Assembly: GCF_009914755.1 (NCBI RefSeq)
Contig: NC_060936.1
DNA: 64,000 nucleotides
From: the human T2T-CHM13v2.0 reference genome, Homo sapiens
Direction: 5' to 3' (one strand)
How positions within the stretch are numbered: position 1 is the stretch's first letter; every line of letters starts with the position of its first letter. Below are positions 15,703 through 36,609 of this stretch, piece after piece. The notes below the pieces were generated by a model. That model saw only the letters and a list, made by a program, of their open reading frames with translations. It did not search any database and was not told the origin of the DNA. The position numbers and the translations under genes were made by a program.

Positions 15703-16765
15703 CCATTTTGATGCAATATCTGTGTGTTCACTGAAGAATGAAGTAGAGTCATCAGTTGAAAGTTAAGGGGAAGGAGGAGGAGATGGGGAGATTCAAGAAA
15801 GAGGACTAAGCGTGAAGATTTTCTCTGGGCGGAGAAAAGTGAGCCTAGTAGAGAAACAAAGGTGGACTTGGGCACCTGTTAGAAATTTACAGTTATAAAT
15901 TTAAAGGGACACTCGTCAGCTTAATGGCAATGATTTTTCTCTAACAAGATATAGCAACTCAGGCCAGCGAAGGCAGATAGCACGGTTTATCCAGAGTAGT
16001 ATAATGAGAAAAACACTGGAAGAGAAGGGAAGTATTTACATCAGAGAGTTAATAATGAATAAGAGAAGTCTCAATTGGATAAAAAGAGCAGGAAAGCTAG
16101 GAAACAGGCTGATGGTTAATGAGAAAGTGGCGGGGTCAGTGGACAGAAGAATTTCGGTAAGTTCAGAGATGTATGGTAGCGGACATCTTGGGGGCAATGA
16201 ATTAGAAATAAGAGAGATGTTGGTGAAAAAAATGGGATATGTGAACCTGGCATGCCAGATATGGTTCACCCTCTGATGGTGACACAGTCCCGGGGGTGAC
16301 CATGAGATTGAACAGCTAAGGTAGACTGCACAGCGCTGGCAGCAGAGACATAAGGCGGTAGAGTTGGGCTTGTCATGTGAATGTTGACGTCCACAGACAT
16401 TGTGGTAGAGCAGAGAACTATGATCCGTTAGTGAGAAATTCCTGAGTGAATGGGTGTGGGGCAGATGATAAGGAGATGCTAACTCAGTAGGGGAGATGGG
16501 TAGAGCCAGATGATGATGGGCCTCAGAGCTGCCAGGGGTTTTTGAAGGCAAGAAAAGAGTCAGGGAATACAAGCCTCAATTCTCAGCCCTGAGGTCTCAG
16601 AGGTGACAGAAGGTGAAGTGGGAAAAAAAAAAGCCTCCACTAGAGAAAAGAGCCTGAGGATATGGAAGAGTTTGATTCTAGAGTGAAAGGTCCAAAGGTC
16701 CCAGTGGAAGGGCATGGAGGGGAAAGTGGGAGATGGCGACTGAACTAGATTAAATTATGTACAGA

Positions 16766-17153
<388 letters not shown>

Positions 17154-18643
17154 CTACTGGTGTTTGAGATAAGGGTAGGCACCCAGACCTATTGCTGTGA
17201 TCCCAAATGTTTCCTTGGTGGCATGGCAGCCTAAAGAATGGTGCTTCCTGAGTATCTAAAGAACCATGCTTCACCCTGAAGATACACATGTTATATATTG
17301 GTGGACACAAGCTGCTTGGTATTGGAGTAAGCACTGTAAGACAGGACTGGCAGAAAACTGAGGCTGGAATGGTGTAGGTAGGAATCAGGTCATTGAGAGC
17401 CAGAGATGCCATGGTAAGATGCTTAGATTTGATCACACCTTAAAGGGAATTGGTTCAATGAAGAAAGAGTTGAGGAAGACAGGGAGTAAGTAGTCAGGAA
17501 TGACTTTAATGTTAAGATTTGGGTGACTGGGTAAATGGTAGTGTGCTGTTAATTGACATAAGAAATAGAAAAATGAAGCAAGTTGAAATGAAGGGGAGAG
17601 GAGCAGAAATAAAAATAACAGCAGTTACCATTTATGATGTACCAGTGCCAGGCATTGTTTGAAGTGTGTTGTGTATACTGTTGCTTATAGTTTCTCAATT
17701 ACCCTGTGAGGAAGGTTCTATTTTCTCCATTATATAATTCAGAAATGGACTCATAGAAAAGTTATGATATGTTATTTCTGTTATTTGTTTTTCTTTTTTC
17801 TTACTGTCTCCCTGTGGGATTCAATTCAGATATATATAACATCATCTCATTCCATCTTCCATGTCTCTCCTGTTTTTATCTCTGTGTCTCTCTCTATAGC
17901 ATTTTATTCATCTCTATCTCCCATTTTGTTCATTTACTGTTCAGTTGTAGCAAATCTGCTGTTTTGTTCATTTTTAATTTTTAATTATTTCCAAAAGTTT
18001 TTCCTTCCAAATCTGCCTGATCATTTTTGATAGTGTTTGTTGTTTGCCACTTTATGTTTTCAAACATTTCTTATGTAATTTTCAAATTTGTATCTAATAA
18101 TGTCAGTAGCTGAAGACATTTCAAAGATTCCAAATCTGTTGTTTCTACTAAATTCTAGTTCCTGGAGCCTTGCTTTCTGCTGTAATTGGTCTCTTCTCAT
18201 TGTGAGCTCTTATTTGGTTGATAGTTCATTATCTTCCTTTCATAAGTTTTGGCGTAATGACCGAGTCTCAGGTCAGCTCTCCCGTGTCCTCCAGGCCCCA
18301 TGGGCTGTCTCCTAATCCCAGCACTGTCCATCCCAAGCTTTGTTTGCTCTATTCATTCACCATTACAATTTTAGCTTACTGTGTGTGTGTTATTTTGTTT
18401 GTTCATTGGGTTTGGGGGCCTTGGAAAATTCTCTTACTTTAACGTAAAGAAGCAAAGCATTACAATTATTTGCTGTATTTTTGTCCAGGATCCAGTCGTA
18501 TTATAGCAAAATTCTTCTCAGAGTATCTACCTAGACTGTCATACTGACAGCAGCAAGAGTCAAAAACATATTTAATCGTGGTTATGTATTTCGTTATGAC
18601 TGTTTACATAGTCTTTCTATATCTTAATGCTATATAAACTTCA

Positions 18644-19250
<607 letters not shown>

Positions 19251-19614
19251 ATTATATAAACTTCTATAAAAACATAATTTTTCTGGTTTTTGTGTTTCTT
19301 TGATACTTCATAAATTCCCCTGTTGTTTATGCAGTTTCAAGTTCCTTATCCAAAAATATGTTTCTGATTGTAAGTTAATAACTATATTGCTAATATTTAA
19401 ATGTATTGATGCTACATATAAACATAGTTTGATCATGATTTGGTCAGCCATTGAGCTGAGTTTCATATGGAAAGTGAGGAACAAACTATGGAATGAAGCT
19501 GGAGAGAGGCAGTGGCAGTTTTTGGAGGGCCTTGTAAACCAAGTTAAAGATCATAGCCTTTCTCCTAAAAGGAATGGGAGACACAGAAAACAGTAGGTGT
19601 TCCCAGTGTCATGA

Positions 19615-20053
<439 letters not shown>

Positions 20054-20499
20054 CAAACAGCTTTTTTATCAGGGTAAGACTTTTAAAAATCTGTCACTGA
20101 GTTTGATTGAAATGATTTTTGATATTGGCATACTTGCCTTCAGTAAGCAAAGAAAAAATGTGTTTGCATGTGCATTGTCAAAATACTGTGCTATGATTTG
20201 AAAATAAACAAAATGGATGGTAATGAGTTTGCGGTTACAGGTATGTCTAATTCTAAATCCCAGAGTAATTTCATTGTAATTATGAGCAAACAGTAGACCA
20301 TTTTTATCATGAATTTTAAATGCTATAAATCTACACCAAAAATTTGACTAATATATTTTCTTTAATATAATTTATCTACTATAAACTGAGGGGGAAATAC
20401 ACTTCTATAAGCAAGAAGATAATGTGTTAAACTAGAAGATTTTAAACAATTATTCTATAATAGAGAAAAGTTATCACTAAGAAGTAATACACATTTGCA

Positions 20500-21545
20500 T
20501 CATATTCATTCATTCAAAGACAGTCTCTCCTGGAGCTTACAGCCCTATAAGGGAGATAAACAATCAAATAATAATACAGGAATAAAATTAAAAGCTGTAA
20601 TCAGTGCTATGAAAGAAAACACAGAGAACACTGACAGTAGACACTCTGTGTCCTGGGGTTTGGAGGAGTCCTCCTTGAGGAACTGGAGTTTGAGCCAACA
20701 TCTGAAGGGTGAGCGTTAAGTTAACTCAGTGAAGGAGAGAGGAGAGAGGCAGGGAGCATGGCCTTTGGGAACTATAAGAAGCCAGTGTCACTGAAGACAG
20801 AGTCCAGAAAGAGGGCAAATTATGCAGGACTTTGGAGGCCATGATTAAGAGTTGGTTCTTTAGCCAAGAGCAAAGGAAAGTCTGAAAGATTTTAAATAGA
20901 AGAGGAATAAATCAGAGTAGCTTTATTTTTATTTTTATTTTTATTTATTTATTTATTTATTTATTTTTTTTTTTGAGACAGGGTCTTGCTTTGTCACCCA
21001 GGCTGGAGTGCACTAGCACTCCATCTAGGCTGGTCTGGAACTCCTGGACTCAAGCATCTGCCCTTCTCGGCCTCCCAAAGTGCTGAGATTATAGGTGTGA
21101 GCCACCACACCCAGTCAGATTAGCATTTTTAAGAGGGTGTCACTCCACTGTTTGGAAGATACAGCTTGGAGGAGGTTTAAGAGTGGAGGCCTGTAAACCA
21201 GTAAGAATGCTACAAGGACCAGTCACAAGCCTAGAAAAGAAGCCAAACTAAAACGCCATGGACTTGGGTGCTTATAAGGAAGTTGTGGAAAAATAGATTT
21301 AAGAAATATTTAGGAAGTAAAATCAGCGGGACTTTGTAAAATGGAAAATCTTTGGGTAAGATCGAAAGAGGTTCTGGGGATGACTCCTATGTGTCTGACA
21401 CAGGACCAGTTGTATGACTGCCCCATTTCCTGCAATAGAGAGGACTGTGAGAGGGGACCGGGTTGGGAGGAGGGGTGGGATGGGCTAAGAGAGACCAGGG
21501 AAGTTCGTGAGCAGTTTGGAAAGGATGTTGATGAACATCTAGAAG
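20500..21545. mobile_element. L2 fragment(s) interrupted by a deleted Alu
   Basis: cattcattcattcaa...ggagcttacag...gtgctatgaaagaaaa...catctgaagg pattern. Confidence 0.55.
20925..21116 (-). mobile_element. Alu with large internal deletion
   Basis: Right-arm start joined to left-arm end at ~21012-21026. Confidence 0.8.
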
Positions 21546-21736
21546 TATGAAGAGTCAAAGTCTTTGAAGGTCTTCTACCTTTAGAGGCCAGGAAAAGGAT
21601 GAGTGAGCAGAGCTGGTCACAAACAGGGTTGAAACACCTTGATATGTACTTCTAGTGTTTATAGGGATGTTCCTTTTCTAACAAAAATCTGCCTTCTATG
21701 CTTAACATTTTCTCATTTATTATTACCTATAACTGA

Positions 21737-22231
<495 letters not shown>

Positions 22232-22956
22232 TAGATTTTTACAGAAGAAATAAAATCCTCTTAGCTATGAGGAATACAAATAATATATCTTTGTTATTTC
22301 TTTGAGTGTTTAACAATTTGTATAATGAGCAAGATTTATGCTTTTGTTCTATTTTGCTGACTTTTGGGATTCTGCTTGGTTGCATAGAAAAGGGGGGCTG
22401 CTGGTTAAATCAACATGCATTTAAGAATGAAATACATTGATTTCGTGGCAGTAGCTAGAGCCAAATATTTCAGTATTAATTGGCATCTCTTCTTATACCC
22501 AAATTATTGTAGTATGTTTTCTATAAAGGAAAGCTTTTACTCTCAATTTCGTCATATTGGCTTTACAAACCACTTTAGATAAAAGTGCTATTACCTGACA
22601 GACTCTTCCAACTTTTTATAGTAAAATATCTAGTTTACTATAGTCATTTAATTGCCAGTGATGGTAATCTGATAACTACATTAAATATTATTGAAATGTC
22701 TCCCAAGTTAATTTGACTAATGTTCTGGAAAAAATTCAGACCCCCCCACCCCAAGCCTGAGAACTATAACGCAGCTTATCTGAAATGAGTTTTACATCTA
22801 GAGATATTAACAATATAAGGGACAGGTTATATAATAAGGCCTTTGTGGCAGTAGGTTCAAGGTAGCCTGGAAAGTCTATAGAAGAATAGGCTCAGGATCA
22901 AAATGCTATGTATCTAAAATCATAGACATACTTGGTTTATTATGAATCTCTAAAGA

Positions 22957-23249
<293 letters not shown>

Positions 23250-23799
23250 CTAAAGAATCAGTAAGTATTTATTGAGCATTTACATTGTGTAAGCGTACAA
23301 GTATACCTGTACACTTACAAGTGTACAAAGGTCACTTCTGTTCATTGATAAAGGGTTACAAACTTCAAGGTCCATTTGAGGCTAAGTGTAGCCCCACACA
23401 CTAAAATCATTCTTCCAGGGTATAGATGTTACTCGTATGGCCTTCCAAACTGGGGCTTTCTCAGGCAGTAAGGATGGAAAGACATGCTTCATTGGACATC
23501 AGGAACAGAGCCTCAAGACTTAATAGCGACAACTGATGAGACTGGCACAATATAATGAGTCGGGGAACTTGGTTTTAGGGTCAGCTTCAGGCCGTATCTC
23601 TGAAAAATCCCTAGCTAGTATTTTAGAGAACCTTATACTGAGGAAAAATTAATGAATTACTTATTAGGTCAACTCATATAATGAAATAAATATATAGTAT
23701 GAAGTCCATACATAGGAGACAAGTATGTACATGGACACATTAACTTAAATGCATATTCGAGACTGATTTTGTACCAACTAGTATGTTATATGCCCTAGA

Positions 23800-24480
<681 letters not shown>

Positions 24481-24497
24481 CTTTAAAAATTGTCTGT

Positions 24498-24809
<312 letters not shown>

Positions 24810-25006
24810 TCAGTTTTTTTTTCCTGAACTATCACAGATCAGTGTTTTTGTAAAATACACTATAATGCACTTGGTTATCATCACAAATTCAAATTGTTAT
24901 AAAAGTTTAATACTTACTCCTACTTTGTGTGCTTACCAGAAACTGGTAACAAAACCATTTGCAGACCTGGAGACCAACATGGATAACACTGAGTAGCACT
25001 ACCTGA

Positions 25007-25432
<426 letters not shown>

Positions 25433-25487
25433 TTTTAGCCAACAATTTTTATATTAGGAGGCAAAATAGAAAAATTAAATGGCTCTA

Positions 25488-26197
<710 letters not shown>

Positions 26198-26309
26198 CTC
26201 TACAAAAATTGATTGCACTGAAAAAATCTTTAATTAGGTGTACTCAAACAAAGATTGCTGGTTACTATTTGCCTTTTTGCTTTTATATTCTTTCTTAATT
26301 GAAGTAGGT

Positions 26310-26700
<391 letters not shown>

Positions 26701-26914
26701 TAAACACTTAACTCTTTAAATTCAAGGTCTAGTTACGTAAAGAGCTAAAATTGGCTTAAATATTTTCCATGTTAAAATGTTTAAACAATAATTGCAAATG
26801 AATCTTTTTTGGATAGTCCAGGGAAACATTTTGTATAAACACATTGTACTTTGTGAATATTTCTCTATCTGATTTGTTGTGTGTTCATTCTGTCTTTCCA
26901 TTATATTTTTCTAG

Positions 26915-27169
<255 letters not shown>

Positions 27170-27399
27170 TAAAATTGAAAAATAATGAGTAAAGTTCAAG
27201 TTTGTTGTTTAAGCTGATTGATTCATTTTATAGCCTATATTTTCTTCAGTTTGTGGATCATCTGTCCCCTTTCTTGTCTCATTCAATGGGTTTGAGAAAA
27301 GATGAGTTGAATTAGGAATGAGCATGAGGAGAAGGGGAAGCAAACGGGAGAAACAAGCCTTTTTAATGATAGGAAACATTAAGAAAAGACTTTTTAATT

Positions 27400-27772
<373 letters not shown>

Positions 27773-28535
27773 TGAAAAAGGAGTTTGAGAGGAAGGGGAA
27801 CTTAAAATCAGTCTTGCATTATCATTCAGTAGCAATTTTTTTGAGAACCCCACGTATATGGATCTGAGATAAATCTATGGGAACAATGATATGCAGGTTT
27901 AGCTTTTAACAAGAGCAGCACCAGGTCCTATGATTGTGTTGTGCTTGAAGAATCAAATGTACAACACTTAAACCAGTTATGCATTTACTCTGAAATATAA
28001 AAATTTTACATATACCTGTTGTATTTCAGTCTATAAATTAAGGGCTGGTAAAATTATTTTATTTTGAAAATAGACTGAAAATGACAGGCTATATAGTTTA
28101 CTCTCCTTTATTGCTTTTCCTATAAGCTTTCTATGTCCATAAATAAGTTGATGGAATAAGTGAATCACCAGATAAAACTGCCTTTAGTAATGAGATTATC
28201 ATTACTGTTTGCTGGTTTAATACAGTATGATGGCGATTTTTCTTCCCCTTTTCACTGAATGAAGAGTTGAAAGGCTCTTTTCACAGAGAGGAGGGTGTAA
28301 TGTCTCTGAGTCCTAGCTGATTTGGGTGTCAGCTCTCATTCATTCAGCTAACATTATCAGTGGCCTCACGTACAGGCTCTGTACTAAGCAATGGGATTGC
28401 CCTCTGTGCCCATGGAGAACTCACCGTTTAAGTCTGTTTGGGACAGTGGTAGGAAGAGAGGTTTAGTAGGAGCAAGGGACACACTTAACAAGCGAATACA
28501 TCACCTGCTTTTAATGTCTGATGTCTTTTCTTTAG

Positions 28536-28793
<258 letters not shown>

Positions 28794-31493
28794 ACTCCTC
28801 CAGGACCAGCCATGGTGTGGAGGTCTCAGGACTTACAGCTCAAGACATTCCCAGCTCTTCTTACACATCTGCTAGCACTTTATGTTGAAAAATATAGGCC
28901 CATAAATGCATCTTTTGAGGACTATTTTCCTATGTTTATGTACTCTTAGTGAAATTAGTGTGCAGAGTCATTCTACCGATAAAGTTTTGAAATAATGTGA
29001 AAACTGGAGCATTTTTTGAGCTATTCCTTGAATATGTGCTTTTTTGTCTTGAAGAAATGGTGTATCAATTGATTCTGTCACCGTCAGGTTAGAATGAGCA
29101 CTTCCATTTAAGAAATCCTTTCATGTCTTCTTCTCTTTCACATGTAGGACCTGGAACAGTTTGAAAGATATACCTCCATGTTGCCAAAATAGATCCATGG
29201 TGAAAAATACAGGGACAGTTGAGGCTATTGTATTAACTTATTTAATTTAGTTTATAAATCTCTAGCTGCATAAATGATGTCTGTTCTTTTAAAACAAAAG
29301 AAAAAGGACAAATTGTTGGTGTTCAGATTTCCGATTTATAAAGAAAAGATAACTTGTTTTTGTAGAAATACTCCTAAGAATGTCTTAAGTATATAGCAAT
29401 TATGTATATATAGTATTAAATATATATATTATACATGCTTTTAGGTTCACATTCATCTCTAATTTATTTTTTAAATATAAAGCATGGTTTATCGTGGAAT
29501 TGAGCAATGTTCTAAACTGAAGAAATGTTTTGGTGATTTATGTTTTGCTGATTGGCATTTGAGGGTATTGATATTTTTATAATAAGCGGTAATTTATGTG
29601 GCATGGGATATATTTGTGAATTCCAACAGTACTTTTAAAGTACCATTTTTTGTTTCTGTGCCTATTTAAAACAGTGCCTCTCTTAGAAGGTGCTATTAAT
29701 ATAAGATGAGGGTTCAGTTAATGCTTCAGTCTTGATTATTCTAAGATTAAAGTGCATTTTGGTCACTGGGACAGTCAAAGTCATACAGGTTATTTTACCG
29801 TTTACAATCCTATAATTATTGCAGTAGTTAACATCAGCATGTACAAACATTTTCACCAAAACCCAAACTTTATGAGACACCTGACCTTTTACAGAACTAG
29901 GATATGTGGAAACCACATTTATCGTCATGTTTTTCTTTTCCGTAAGATAATCGAGCATGGTTAAATAAGGTCTCTATATAATGAACACTTAAGATAACTG
30001 TATGGGCCTTTTCCTTTGTCGGAATGAAACAAAATCCACATGTGATAACCTATGTTTGGGGTGGGGGCTGGTCACATGATTCCTTGTCATGAAGGCTGCT
30101 CTTCACTCTTTTGTACTTGTGATTAAAATCTCACACTAAGTTTACTATTTAACTTAATCCTTTTTCTCAAATTAAACCTTTTTTTATACTGTCATACCCC
30201 AAACATTGTCACTTTTTAATGTACCAGTCTGCTAGAAATCTACAAGGATGATCCCACTATCTTTAGTATGTAAGGATTACACCTGAGATATAGAATAGAA
30301 TTTGAGACTGCCACACATTTATTCAGGCCTTGTTACTTTAAGAAATATCTTATTTTTTCCACCCCAAAGGAGCAAGTGAACCAATTATTGCTGACATAAT
30401 AGGTTCCCTTCCTCCATAAAAGGATTATCAGCCATGATCATTAACATTAAACCAAATAGATGGAGCCAAAAAGAGATAAAAGTAGCTTCTTAGGCCCTAT
30501 TAAATCAGGGAAAGACTAGAAGAAAATTTACATTGCTTCTCTTTTTTAATGGCCAGCGGGGTATGTGTGTGATGTATACTCAGAGTGGTTTTTTGGAAAA
30601 TTAAACTGTAGCTATAGATGATGCTTTGGTTTTCTTAATCTCAAGAAAAGAGAAGCAATGGAAATACAGAATGATTAACTGGGGAAGAGGACTTTTGTAA
30701 GTGTGACTAGAACAATGGTAATGTATGGGCCAATGGGAAGATTTATGAGTCAGATTATTTTTGAAAACTATTTTTAAAAGCAAGAAGACTACACTTTCCC
30801 TACCAAAACAGAAGTAACATGGACACACTTAAGTTTTGGCTCAATAAATATCAATGTTATTTAACTTAGATCATTGAAAGAATACTCATGTAAAGATAAT
30901 GTTTATTATCATGCTCTTAACAGTCATTATCTTTAATTTTTTAAATGAGAAGCATTAATACTAGAAGAGAATTTCTGGTTATCCGGTCACCATATTCACT
31001 TTCCACCCCACATTCTTCAGCTAAACGCAAAGAGAAGCAGTGAAACAGCCTTACCCGCTTCTCTCTTATTAAAGAATCACTGATGTTTTTACTCAATGAA
31101 AGGTAAAGTAATACCCTTAGCCATTTATTAAACAATTCAACCAAGAGACCTCAAAGTGTGATTGATGATAAGAATAATCAATGCCTTTTCCCTTCCAACA
31201 TACTTGAGCAGTCATGACAACCTAAAAATATCATTGGTTGCTTTCCCATTAAAACCAACGTTCCCTGTGGGTCTTAATTCTTTATTTTCACTCATTTGGT
31301 GCTTTCCAAGTCATCTTTTCTTTAAAGTGCCCTTCCTCCAAACTTTAAAAAGTACTTCCTTGACAAAATTTCTATTCATTATAAAACATTTCAATATTTT
31401 AAGCTTAAATTTTGCTTTTGCTGAAAGCCTACCATTTGGCGTGTTAAGTATGAAATATAGTGCAGACTTTTATCTTGGTTTTAAGTGGGGCTC

Positions 31494-31559
31494 AATAAAA
31501 AACACCAGCCACTTTTGTAATAATGGCATCACAGTGTCATCATGTATGCAAGCAATAAA
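31494..31559 (+). terminator. Two candidate proximal poly(A) signals in the FGD4 3' UTR
   Basis: AATAAA at 31494-31499 and 31554-31559, TGTA motifs between them, G/T-rich sequence downstream. Confidence 0.45.
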
Positions 31560-33621
31560 ACTCTTTAGGGTATGGTTTTATACTGAAAATTTAATATGAA
31601 GGCCCCTTCCCACAAGAATATAGATAATTATTAACTTTCTAGATGTGATACGGTAATTCGAATTGCAGAGTATAAGGAAGGGAAATGGGAAGGGGCATCA
31701 TTCCTTGGATTTTAAATAACTATCAAGAACATTTTTACTTTAACAAAGAAAATGGATAGAAAAAGCACATTTTGTTTTCCCTGAAGTTTAATTTGACATC
31801 AGGTTTGTGTACTTATCTTCACTAGGTGACTTAACTTACCCCAATTTTTTTAAAAATTATTAAACTTTTTACAGAAACTAACCTTTTAAATGTACCCTTT
31901 CCCCATATATATATACGCACACGTTTGGATTTTTTTTTTTAAGAACACTTGTTCTAGTTATAAATATATAAAGAAAACGATAAAGTTTGTGGTACTGCAG
32001 GGTTGTTAAAGATTCTTTGATGCCTTCTAAAAACTTTTGTCAAAAATACTTTTGAGTTCACAATTCTGTTTTACTTTTCCTTGTCCTTACTTTTTGGAAA
32101 CAGGGTGGTTGCTTTTATTTGTTTTCTGGTTATATTCAAAGCCTTAAGTTCTTAATCTGAGCATATTGTCTGTGATAAATTTCTGATGATCTTTCTGGAC
32201 TAGATACAACCTGAGTAGCAAGCACCAACCGGAGCAAGTAAACTTCTAGGGAACAAGCGTCTTGGGTTTTATAGGTATCTTTGCTATAATGCAGAATAGA
32301 TTAATGAAGATTTCCTATATCATATGATATTTGTGTTAGTGGGTCTAAGATTAAGCACATGATATTTATAAGCTAAAATTAACTCAAAAGTCAAGAATGT
32401 CTTAATGTTTTCATTCTTAAATTTTGTATTCTCCAAGAATGTATTAGTATATGAACTGTGGCCAACCAGTTCCTATTCTTCAGACTGTATTGACATCTGT
32501 AGTGGATCATGTTGCTTCTTCATTCTTACCAATTTTATTAGAATCAAACTTCTTGTTATTTTCATACTATTATCTACTATAGATTCTCAGCTTTAGAAAA
32601 TGACTATGATACATAAAGACCACTAGGTCAACTTAAAAAACCCTTTCTGTGAATTTATACATGTATGTATATATGTAAAAACACTGTTGATTTGCAATTC
32701 TGTCTTTCCATAGAAATGAACTTTTTCTATCGAAATTGTTTAACTTAAATATTTTAACATAAATTATTTACATGGATCTTTATGTATAATTCATCCTTAT
32801 ATATACCCCTTAATCACGTAGTCATGAGAAGATAACTTTGCTTTCTTTACAGAAAGGGCAGAGAGGAATAAGATAAGAAACTGAAACAAGCAAGAATGAA
32901 GAGAGATGTGGGGGAGAGACTGCTGGTCTCCAGACCACAGCAATGTGTTTTAAGATAAGATGAAATATTTTAACTGCAGAAGGGATATAAAATCTATGTA
33001 ATTACATGCTGATGGGATCCATTGCACCCAGGTTTTTGACCTTGGCCTGTAAATGCTAGACTATGATATCTTGTTATTCTTTTTCTCCTTTGGGCTTTTA
33101 AAAAATAATTTCATTCTCAGATCATTTTCTGTACTGTTTACTGAGGCAAAAAAAAAAAAAAAATCTGAAGTCAATCATGGTCTTCTACTTTCTGGACTGA
33201 GCATTTGGCAGAATGCAGTATCTTTTCCTGTGTTTTGACATGAAATAGCACATGGCTTCTACAAGATAGTTTTAACTTGTTGGGGTCACCGGGAGTTATA
33301 TGATGGTCAACCCCTTTTCCCAAAATTCATTGTGGTAGTTTTAGTGGAAAACGTAAATCAAGAAATCTCATATCATACTTTAATAAATAAATACCAAATA
33401 CATAGTGACATATAGGTTTGGGAAGAAACTAGTCTGTGGGGACCATTATAAGAGAATCACATTATATATTACACAGTATATGGATATTGGAATGTATCAC
33501 TTGTGGGGGGTTCTCTTCATTAGCAAAACAGTCATGTCTGTCTGTATATAAGACTTTTTTTTTTTTAACCAAACTAGCATTTCATTTTGTGAGTGACAAT
33601 TGACATTTTAAAATAAGCATA

Positions 33622-34110
<489 letters not shown>

Positions 34111-34289
34111 TCAAGTGTGAAAGTATACACAAGTAATTTTTCTTTTCTAGCTATGTGAATGTAAAATACTTGCAGATAATGTATATATTGTGTAATATAT
34201 GTATATTTGGTCATAAAAGCAGATAATTGGAAACATTGTAAAATTAAGCACTTTAATTCCTATTAAATATTAAACATTTGTATCTTGTA

Positions 34290-34295
34290 AATAAA
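34290..34295 (+). terminator. Probable distal polyadenylation signal of FGD4
   Basis: AATAAA preceded by several TGTA motifs; repeat density rises just downstream. Confidence 0.7.
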
Positions 34296-34634
34296 CACAT
34301 CCTTAAATTAATTCCAAAGCTTTACATGTTATTTCAGCTCATGTTCAGTTCACAGTGATTTCAGTTCTGCTCAGGAAAGTTACTCCAGTAAGGTACTGAT
34401 ACTCCTACCTCCAACCTACCCTCTGCCAAAAAAAAAAAAAAAAAGTGTAAGTCTTTCAAGAATAAAGCTTATGACAGACTCAAGGTTCTCCAAGTATAGA
34501 AACAGTGGCTTCTCTTTGTTATAACTCCAAGTCTAGATCTCCAACAACCGACAAAACAGTGCTGCTCCATACCCAAGGAAACGATTGTTTTGCTCCATAG
34601 TTTGTGGTGTTTGCCTACATTCTAGAGGCTTATC

Positions 34635-34904
34635 CAGTCGGCCCACAGTGTCTATGGGAGACTGGTTCCAGGACCACTCACAGGTACCCAAATCTGCTCA
34701 TACTCAAGTCCCTGAGCTCTCTGGAACCCACAGATACTGAGTCAAACCTCCGTATTGGTGGGTTTTGCATCCTGATGGAATACCGTGTTTTCATCCACAT
34801 TTGGTTGTAAATGTGGAATCCATCAATGCAGAGGGCTATTTATTGAAAAAAAGTCCACATATAAGGACCTGTGCTTCAATCCTGTGTTGTTCAAGGGTCA
34901 ACTG
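34635..34904. mobile_element. TcMar-Tigger MITE (MER2/MER8-like)
   Basis: cagtcggccc...ggttccaggacc...ctcaagtccctga start; ttcaagggtcaactg-TA end. Confidence 0.7.
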
Positions 34905-34948
34905 TATAGTGAAATAAGCACGAAAAGAGAACTCAAAAGAACTGTTGA

Positions 34949-35267
<319 letters not shown>

Positions 35268-35669
35268 TCATATGACCTTAGACAATTTACCTGAATCCCA
35301 ATAATGAATTCCTGTGGTCACTACAAGAAACATCGCACTCGGTGACTATGAAACGCTATACAAATAATATGTCATGGAACACTTCGGAGTTTCATACAGC
35401 TACTCAATTGGCTTTAGCCTTTTTAAAGCCCTGAAAAGGAATCCTCATGACTTCCACTGTGATTTCATAACTAAAACATTTCCAGAGATAACCCTTCGCA
35501 GAAGCCTATTAGCTTTTTTAGGACACGAAGAACTAATCAACAATTTTAAAATTGATGCTTTAAAGCAATTGGCATCAGCTGAAGGATTCTGTAAAATAAA
35601 CATTGCCCTTGGCTCACCAAGGGACCCAAATGTGATTTGGGTCCACATTACATCAGAGTGGCATAATTC

Positions 35670-36165
35670 AAGGCTTCTCAAACTCTAATGCACACATGAA
35701 TCACCTGGGGATCTTGTTAAACTGCAGACTGACATAGTGGCCTGCGATGCAGTTCTAACAAGCTCCCGAGGGGTGCTGCTGCTCCTCAAACCATCACTGG
35801 AGTACCAAGCTTATAGTGGGAAGGACTTAGTGTCCGAGACCATTGACTAGAAATCCCTGGCTCTACCACTTATGTTTGAGCCTTGAAGACTTGTGAGACT
35901 TACATGAGACAATCATATATTGTCTGGCCCATATGAGATATTCAGTTCATAATTGTTAATAGAGATCATTTTTGTTAATTCAAAAATTTGCAGCCCTGAC
36001 TGCACATGTGAATCACCTGCAGAGTAGTTAGAGCCATTCCCTGGTCCCCATCCCCATCCCCCTCAAAAATTCTATTTATTTGTCTGCATTGGCCTCCGAG
36101 TAATAGTTGGTTCAAAAATTCCCCAGGTGATTCTGATGGAAAGCTTCATTTCAGAAGCACTGGTA
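35670..36165. mobile_element. Two MER5-like hAT fragments (~35670-35810, ~35985-36165)
   Basis: ttctcaaact...gaatcacctggggatcttgttaaa; tccccaggtgattctgatg...agaagcactg. Confidence 0.65.
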
Positions 36166-36230
36166 GAATGTTTATTCAGTGCTTAGTTCTGTGCTAAGTA
36201 CTGTATTTACATTATCACATAAAAGCCTCA

Positions 36231-36595
<365 letters not shown>

Positions 36596-36609
36596 CTAAT
36601 AATTTGTCC

